The position numbers and the translations under genes were made by a program. The notes beneath the pieces are model-generated. The model worked only from the letters and a program-made list of their open reading frames with translations. It searched no databases and was not told the origin of the DNA. A DNA stretch of 18,345 nucleotides from Azolla caroliniana. Taxonomy: Eukaryota > Plantae > Polypodiophyta. Location of the stretch: the NCBI GenBank assembly GCA_043228905.1, contig JBHGNT010000655.1, forward strand, positions 1-18,345, in the 5' to 3' direction. Below are positions 11,620-18,345 of the stretch, in pieces; positions within the stretch are counted from its first letter, which is position 1; every line of letters begins with the position of its first letter.

Positions 11620-12896
11620 GTGTGTGTGTTAAATATATGTTGTATGTTTCCAACAAGGGTTGACATTGACATTAACCTACCAAAGGAACATATCTAAATG
11701 TAAGGGAAAGGGCCAAGGGATAAGGACATTCTAACAACTATAGTTTGAATGGTCATAAATAATGTACAAGACTACAAATGTCGATATGTTTTGTGGTTAT
11801 TTCAACATTTTGTCATATAAAGTTATCTATTAATCAAATACCTCACAATCTCAAACTTGTGTAGTCTTCATATAATACGGCAACTAGGGGGTAGTGTTAT
11901 CAATCCTGCTAGGTCGAGGCATCTCTTGTAGTAAAGTCAATGATGGAAAAAGCTTTGTCTAAAAATATATGTTTCCAATATGTCATGTCTAAATACCATC
12001 ACAAAATTAGTTTTTTCTCTACTCACCCGCCAAGGTCAAACAATTGGAATTGTTCCTACAATCTTAGAAGCTCTTGAAGGCTTAGTTCAAGCATTGTCAT
12101 AATCTCATGTGGATTAGTTCTTTCTCACTAACTTTTTATGTCTTGTTAAATATGCTAAAATAACAAGCCCAACCAAATACCTTGTGTGCAAACACACACC
12201 TCTTGATGGGCATGTGTGTCTAGGAGTGAGTGTTTGGTCGAGGTTGTTATTTCAGCATATTGAATGAGACATTACTTGTCAAGGTGAAAGAGCCAATCCA
12301 TGTGTGTCTAGGAGCTAAGTCTTCAAGAGTTTGTTGGGTTGTAGGAACAATTCAAACCTTTTGTCCTTAGTGGGCGAGTAAAGAAAAATTGGTTTTGTGA
12401 TGTTGGTAATAGGCATATTCGACATGATGTATTGGAAACACATTTTTTTACTAAATGGTTTTTCATCTCTCTTATCACATTAAGGTAGAAATCTCTATAT
12501 CAATAAAATCCCCCTACAATCTCAACCCCCTTTAGCCTTCGGCAACATGACTAGGGTGTTTGCTATTGGATAAGTAGCACACACACACACACATGCACAC
12601 ACATACCTGCCAAGGAATGTGAGTTCACACACAAGCTTTGATTACACTTTATGACGTTAAGGTCTAAAAGTGCTCTCATCTCTATGGATAGAAGTGAAGA
12701 AGATGTTCAAAAAGTTATCAAATGTGACCTTTGTAGTCTATACTATTTAGGCCATTTCACATTTTGGTGGTTGGAAGGTCATTGTCCCTTGCCCCCTTTT
12801 CAATACGCTTAAATTTACCCGTTTGGTAGCAATTCCAGGTCAACCTTGTCAAAAAAGAATATGAAGGGAAACAAATGACATGCACTTAACACACAA
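11620..12896. mobile_element. Long imperfect inverted repeat (foldback or long-TIR non-autonomous DNA element)
   Basis: Arms pair around ~12205, e.g. TGTTTCCAATATGTCATGTC / GACATGATGTATTGGAAACA, GAATTGTTCCTACAA / TTGTAGGAACAATTC, AATATGCTAAAATAACAA / TTGTTATTTCAGCATATT, AGACTACAAA / TTTGTAGTCT and GTGTGTTAA / TTAACACAC. The IR is directly visible. The transposon assignment is inference, and no TSD was found. Confidence 0.75.
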
Positions 12897-13061
12897 CCTA
12901 CTACTTCATTATTAAGTTTGGTTGGTATCTTACCTACTTAAGTTAATATGGGGAATACCTCATTGGTTCGTTATATTGTGGATAAAAGCTTAACATTTGA
13001 ACTTTGGGTTGAAGAAGAGGTCAAGATTTGGTGTGTCTGTGTGTTATATAGAATAATAATC

Positions 13062-13128
13062 GATGTAGCTCAGTTGGTAAGGTTGCCCAATGGAGACCAG
13101 GTGGTGATGGGTTCAACCCCTACGTTCC
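13062..13128 (+). mobile_element. tRNA-derived element (SINE head or tRNA pseudogene)
   Basis: Box A TAGCTCAGTTGG (13066-13077) and box B GGTTCAACCCC (13110-13120) at canonical tRNA spacing. The anticodon stem does not pair. Confidence 0.7.
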
Positions 13129-13156
13129 ATAGAGGCATCTTTTGAAATAAGAGATA

Positions 13157-13235
13157 ATAGACAGGTGAGAAAGTTAGGTTTTAAACCCAAGATGTAGTGC
13201 TTATAGTGTAAACGACTTACCACTAGGGTAAGCTA
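13157..13235 (-). mobile_element. Second degenerate tRNA-like element, convergent with the first
   Basis: Minus strand reads TAGCTTACCCTAGTGGTAAG...CTTGGGTTTAAAACCT (degenerate box A/B). It is homologous to 2777-2814, where box B is intact. Confidence 0.45.
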
Positions 13236-14534
13236 ATTACAATAGAGAGAGAGAGAGAGTTGTAGCTCCAAGATGAAAAGTGAAAGAGGAAGAGAAATCT
13301 TATCTTTTGCTTTTATATACCTTCCACAAATTGGTATTTATGTCTTTAGCCTAGGACTTCTTCTCTTGTTTTGTGAGTTTCCCCTCGACCCTATCTTTGC
13401 CTTCAGACATCAAGTGATTGATTGGTACTTAACACTCATCAAGTTTATTAATATGCATGCCTATGGAAGAAGTTAGTGATGTGTTGAATAAGGGAATCGA
13501 CCATTTACTAAAATAAACGGTTGATTCCCTTAGTTTATGAAACTCTAATGAGCCTTCGTCAAAGATGTAGGGCATCCTCCCTGATTCACTTGTCAACTCC
13601 AAGAGGACAATGTACGTTGCAAAGAATGTGGCATAAAAATTGTTAATCGAACATCGCTAAGGTATTTGAGGAGGTGTTCATCCTACCTAAGGGTTTGGTT
13701 GGTGGTAGGAAACTTACAACTAGTCTACTATATTGTGAGCACTGTGGGGGGAAGGAGGTATGTAGACGTGCATACAATTCAATCCCTTCATCAAATCACT
13801 CTAGTCTACAAGCTCACAAGATAAATAAGTCAAACCCTAAAAGGGAGAAACTCGTTTCATAGAAAATCAAGACTAATGTAATTTGTTCATAATAATAGGG
13901 TTAAAATGTGGAAGCAAAAAAAAAACATATATTTCTTTTTGCTTTCAGGTCACAATAAGACATGAAATGGAGGGCAAAGAATGGATACATGATCAACATT
14001 AAAAAGATGAGGGAGAGCCAATATGGATGGATCATAATAATCCACTTTTCCTCAACACCATGCACATTGCAAGAAAACATTCCAGTTTATTGGTCTCATA
14101 ATTTGTATTTGCCTTCCTTGTTTATCTACGTAAATACATAGTGATCCACAACATGACTTGAAAATATACCTTTGTTGTTTGTTCGATTATATACATAACA
14201 ATTGACTCATGGGCCAAACTCTTGACATTATGATGCAAGGAACAATTAAAAGTTTTGGTGCGATGGGGGGGAGGAGGGGTTGTGACAACACCCTCGTTTT
14301 GATCACAATGACTAGTTTGTGTCCCCAATAATCATGTCTTGCAGATCCACTCGATGCATATTACATATGTGGAAATGCTTGACTTTCGTTGTACTAGAGG
14401 TGGGGGAGGGGATGATATTAGGCTTGGGCCATACCTCTAGTGTAGAGCATTTCAAATCCAATTGGAGACTCAACTTGACATGATCCGACTTGGCTCAACC
14501 CAAACCAACTGACTTGAATCGAACCGAACCGAAT

Positions 14535-14558
14535 TCTCTCTCTCTCTCTCTCTCTCTC
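14535..14558. repeat. (CT)n microsatellite
   Basis: CT run at the inferred 3' end of the LINE remnant. Confidence 0.9.
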
Positions 14559-14559
14559 C

Positions 14560-15430
14560 ATAAATAATGGCTTTGATTACGAAAGAAAATAACACCACCA
14601 TGACTAACTTACTACAAAGTATAGAAATCTTCTAGGGATCTAAAAACTACTACGACTCCAACCTCAATGCCACCCTACACACCAATTCAAATGGCGAATA
14701 TGATGATATGTGTCCTTGCAGAGTTCTCTCACTTCATGGTTGAGATTTCGCGACTTCTCTAGCACTGTCAATTGCCACAAAAGAAGTCTTTTTAACTTTT
14801 ACAACATATTTTCTCACTTCAATTTGAGAATAAAAAATGAAGGCCTTCCGCATATTCCAATTGAACCATAGCACCCTCGATACCTCAAGACCTTAAAAAT
14901 AATTTGGAAATGACGCATTGGTTCATTGATCTTCATATGTGCAAAAACCGAACTGAAGGAAGATAGTCTTACTCTTGTTAGAGACATACACACTAAATTG
15001 ATACACCTCCAAACGAACCTATAGCCATCGTGCATGAAAGAAATCGATGTCTACTATGCTCCAATTCCACCGAACAAACAAAACACACTCCTGTAAATAT
15101 GTTTCTTTTTTTTAATGCATCTCCCAATGGTAAAGCTCCAACCATTACTATCCAAATGAATACCTTAGCTCATAGAATCAATCGTGACCACCAACCTGGC
15201 TTGATCACATGAAACCACCACTAGGTAATGGGCTTACGAAAACCCCATATCTTCATAACCCTTTCTTCCATCCACTTATGTTTGTCAATCAACTTGTGAT
15301 GAGCATCATTTGTTGAGGTCATAGTCAATCTCTTATTTACAACAAACGTCCAATCAAGCTCTTCAAATCCCCCCATCTTAAATCAGGAATCGGCTCATAC
15401 GAAGATACTAATTCTTACAACTTATCCCAA
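14560..15430 (-). mobile_element. LINE (L1-type) ORF2 C-terminal remnant
   Basis: Minus strand reads AKVFIWIVMVGALPLGDALKKRNIFTGVCFVCSVELEHSRHRFLSCTMA, i.e. a zf-RVT domain with CX2CX8HX4C. Downstream is VLWFNWNMRKAFIF (cf. W.IW..RN..IF). Stops and frameshifts are present, and the ends are approximate. Confidence 0.85.
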
Positions 15431-15440
15431 ATAAAAGTAT

Positions 15441-15650
15441 AACCTTTCGGAATACGAAATATTGAACTTGCTCATCGAAAGGTCATTAATTTTCTTTGTG
15501 GCACCAACATAGCCATCTGATTAAATCAAAGGTTAAGAATTTGTGAACCTTTGGGAATACGAAATATTGATCTTGCTCTTCGAAAGGTCATTAATCTTCT
15601 TCTTTGTGGCACCAACATAGCCATCCGATTAAATTGAAGATTAAAGAATT
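15441..15650. repeat. Two-copy ~105-bp tandem duplication upstream of unit C first exon
   Basis: AACCTTTSGGAATACGAAATATTGA...TTTGTGGCACCAACATAGCCATCYGATTAAAT at 15441 and 15546. Confidence 0.95.
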
Positions 15651-15666
15651 AGGGTTTTGGGATCAG

Positions 15667-15708
<42 letters not shown>
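15650..15708 (+). promoter_or_regulatory. Putative TSS region of unit C: telo-box plus (CT)n
   Basis: TAGGGTTT at 15650-15657 and (CT)n at 15670-15708, followed by a GC-rich exon-like segment and then T-rich intron-like DNA. The layout matches unit B. Confidence 0.5.
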
Positions 15709-15711
<3 letters not shown>

Positions 15712-15724
15712 TGTCAGCGCAGAG

Positions 15725-15901
15725 ATGTGCAGAGATCCCAGAGACAGAGTCGTCGATAGAATCGCACAGTCAGAATCTACGAAGCCGTCGCCGGAGGCAT
15801 CGAACGATCGATCGAGAGAGAGAGATGATGGGCTTGGCACAGTCAGGAACATCATGATGATTTGGTGTTCATTTGTCCTCTGCTTGGTTGTTCAGAAATG
15901 A
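15725..15901 (+). CDS. Candidate 58-aa small ORF with hydrophobic C-terminal tail
   Basis: MCRDPRDRVVDRIAQSESTKPSPEASNDRSRERDDGLGTVRNIMMIWCSFVLCLVVQK*. It starts at the first ATG after the (CT)n. No homolog recognised. Confidence 0.2.
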   Translation: MCRDPRDRVVDRIAQSESTKPSPEASNDRSRERDDGLGTVRNIMMIWCSFVLCLVVQK

Positions 15902-16599
15902 GTTTTCAGTTTTAATTTCTTCTGTGGTCGTCTCTACAGTGAAAAAAATAAGGGTTGGGCGTGTTTTTTTTGTTACCTAACAAACTCTAGGCTTTTCTGT
16001 AAATTACCCTAATGCGCCTCCCCAGGTATTTTTATTTTTATTTCCATCTTTTACGTGTTACATTTCGATGAGCTACATTTTGCTTTGTTCGTTCGATTAA
16101 CTGATCGAGAGCTATTTATGTAATTATCTAGTTTGTTTCTATTATATTATCTGCATGTGATTAGTATTGTTGTGTAATGTTTAGGTCATTTGACTTGTGT
16201 TTTTTGTTTGTTTCTGGTTATATCTATTTATTTACCATTCAACTCTTATTTTTCTGGTTAGTTAAATCAAAAGCTTACAATGACCAGAATCACTTTGAGT
16301 AATAAGCATGCATTTGGACCCATGCGCGTGAGAATAATTGCAGCAAACAAGTATTGAGTGAGATGAGCTGTACAAGTCCTAGACAAGCATTTTAACCATA
16401 CAAGTATGAGTGTTCATTGGGATTATACAAACACTAAATCAACTCACTTATCAACATCAGGGTCTCCCAAAAGATCAGTCTTTTCTTCCTCTCTAAATTC
16501 AGGTGCATGGACAACTAAAATTTCAGCTCCTATTGTTTTAATGTTTTAAATTTTAATTTTAGTAATGTTTAATTTGTTGAACAATAAATGCATGAAGGA

Positions 16600-17800
16600 A
16601 TAGGCAGGCACAGAGTAATTGTGGATTGCAACATAGGTAAGCATATTGATTGATGAGTGATTCCCTTTTGTTTGATTGTATTTCATTTATATAAATATGA
16701 AAGAAGATCTGTTGATACCTGAGTCCTGTTCCGATGGATTGTTGCAAGTTCTCTCTTCTTCTTCTTTCATAAACGTAGTGTGGATATTCCATTGAGGTCA
16801 TTGATACATTAGGAAGCTAGATGAGCAAGCACTGACGACTTAATTATCAGGTGGTGATGGTAGTTAACTCTTTACCATACAATGAATTATTGATCTCCTC
16901 AGAGTAAATATCTGGGATTAGAACTCAACAGGGTTCAGAATACCTCTGTAATCTGGTCGGGTAGGATTATATTAAGGGTGGCATTGAATCAAGATAGAGG
17001 GTGATCTTGGTGGATGTGAAAGCTTTCTTGAAAATCTCAAATAGGAGGTGGGTTTTGGAATTCCCTTGGAAATTGCAATCATTAATCAAAGGCATTATGA
17101 TTGTTGAGTAGTCCCAGTTGAAATGTTGATAGAAGTTTGCATAGCCGAAGAATGATTGAACATCCTTTACGTGTGTTGGAGCAACCCGCTCGTGGATTGT
17201 CAATGCCTTGAGTTTGTTTATGGTGATCCTCTAAGGGGGAGCATGAATGGACATGTTTGTTGTGTGATCCTCCTGAATCTGGAAGAAGATCAATACATTG
17301 TGTAGGTCAGGTACACCATGAACTGATCTATGAATTTCTGAAATATGCTGCTTATCATATGCTCAAAAATGGCTGGTATATTTGTTAGACTGAAAGACGT
17401 GACCATGTACTTGAAATGCCCATACAATATGTGGAACACAGTCTTCCTGTTGCCTCCAGACTTGATGTGGACTAGATTGTGGGCACCATTAAGGAAGGCT
17501 GATCATCGTAGAAATCTTTCCTTTTTGAAGACTATTGAGAAAGTTGTGGATCGAGTGTCGTGGATGCTGGTTTCAGATGGCTTGTCAATCAGAGTCCCTG
17601 GTTGTCGCCATGTACTCATAGAGATCCATCCTTCTGGACAAATAGGACAGCACCCCAATGCAAGACTTAAAATTGTGAATGTAGCATCGTTTTTCCAATA
17701 TTTTCATCGATGTAAGATCAGATGGCCTGGATGTCAGGCTCATCAAAGAGTCCATAGATCGGTGGGAACTGAAGAGATGCTAGAAGGCTGTTGCTCCTAT
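16600..17800 (-). mobile_element. Degenerate Ty3/gypsy pol remnant, unit C
   Basis: Minus strand gives RT motifs SYIDENIGK, VLFVQKDGSL and GAHNLVHIKSGGNRKTVFHILYGHFKYMVTSFSLTNIPAIFEHMISSIFQKFIDQFMVYL. ORF 16967..17203 (KDVQSFFGYANFYQHF...FEIFKKAFTS) is the RT-RNase H connection. Confidence 0.92.
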
Positions 17801-17919
17801 TTTCTTTGATGTTTCGCAAGTTGTCTTTTTAGTTAGAACCATTTTCATGAACTTTTTATTGCCAACTTATTCTCTTATTTTGTGTTTGTCCACTATTGTT
17901 TATTGTGTTATTTGATTAG

Positions 17920-18021
17920 GTAACATTTGATGAGGGAGATCCCCACCCAAATATTGATGAGAATGGATGGATATACTTGCGTATTTTGATGCGGTGGAAT
18001 CGAAATACAGCCATGTTAACT
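17920..18021 (+). CDS. E2/UBC-like internal exon (HPN exon) lacking the catalytic Cys, unit C; gene or pseudogene
   Basis: ttag|GTA...ACT|gtatgt, 102 nt, phase 0/0, no stop: VTFDEGDPHPNIDENGWIYLRILMRWNRNTAMLT. The following intron is paralogous to 4599-4860 and runs to the window end. Confidence 0.75.
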
Positions 18022-18345
18022 GTATGTTTTCTTTTTAATACTTACATGCTGGATGCCATAATGTCAGCATATAGGTTGTATGTATAATATTGTTTTACTA
18101 TCTAGTGTTGCATATTTTGGGTAGTTGTAGTGTCAAACATACACCTAGGGTATCATGGCGATATAAAAGACCAGACATATAGCTATCCAAACTGTCATCT
18201 ACCCACAAGCTGGCTGATACGTGGTTGCCTAGTAAAAGATATGCCACATACAATACTTGCTTTGACACATAAATCTAACATAATGTTTTTCAAGCATAGA
18301 ATTAAACCTAAATCAGCAACTTCTTTATTCTTTTTCCTTCTGATT

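Noticed and set aside
13059-13131. Functional tRNA gene
   Set aside because: Boxes A and B are present, but the D, anticodon and acceptor stems do not pair properly.
16400-16502. MSVHWDYT...GSPKRSVF as a possible E2 exon 2 remnant in a segment present only in unit C
   Set aside because: Only HW, SP and VF match, with wrong spacing and no FPxxYPFxPPK motif. It cannot be told from chance.
17345-17809. Longest ORF (154 aa, + strand)
   Set aside because: It is the antisense shadow of the gypsy RT remnant, with no protein-family features.

Overview
AT-rich, microsatellite-rich eukaryotic DNA, most likely a land-plant nuclear genome. It contains no complete protein-coding gene, and almost all supplied ORFs are spurious. 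The main hidden structure is an old tandem triplication with roughly 6.5 kb spacing: unit A ~1350-5580, unit B ~8100-10650 and unit C ~13820 to beyond the window end. The duplicated locus is a + strand gene derived from a ubiquitin-conjugating enzyme (E2/UBC). Units A and C keep the phase-0 'HPN' exon, but the catalytic Cys is replaced (Asn in A, Tyr in C). A is a clear pseudogene (stop, 12-nt duplication, frameshift in the next exon), while C's exon is open with intact splice sites. B has lost the E2 exons but keeps a promoter-like region, a putative spliced first exon with a 58-codon hydrophobic ORF, and the 3' region. A and C share the same antisense Ty3/gypsy pol remnant just upstream of the HPN exon. 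Other features are a LINE ORF2 3' remnant (CX2CX8HX4C), a ~1.28 kb foldback inverted repeat, a ~143-nt hairpin, tRNA-like (box A/B) elements and several tandem repeats. All alignments were made by eye, and repeat boundaries are approximate.
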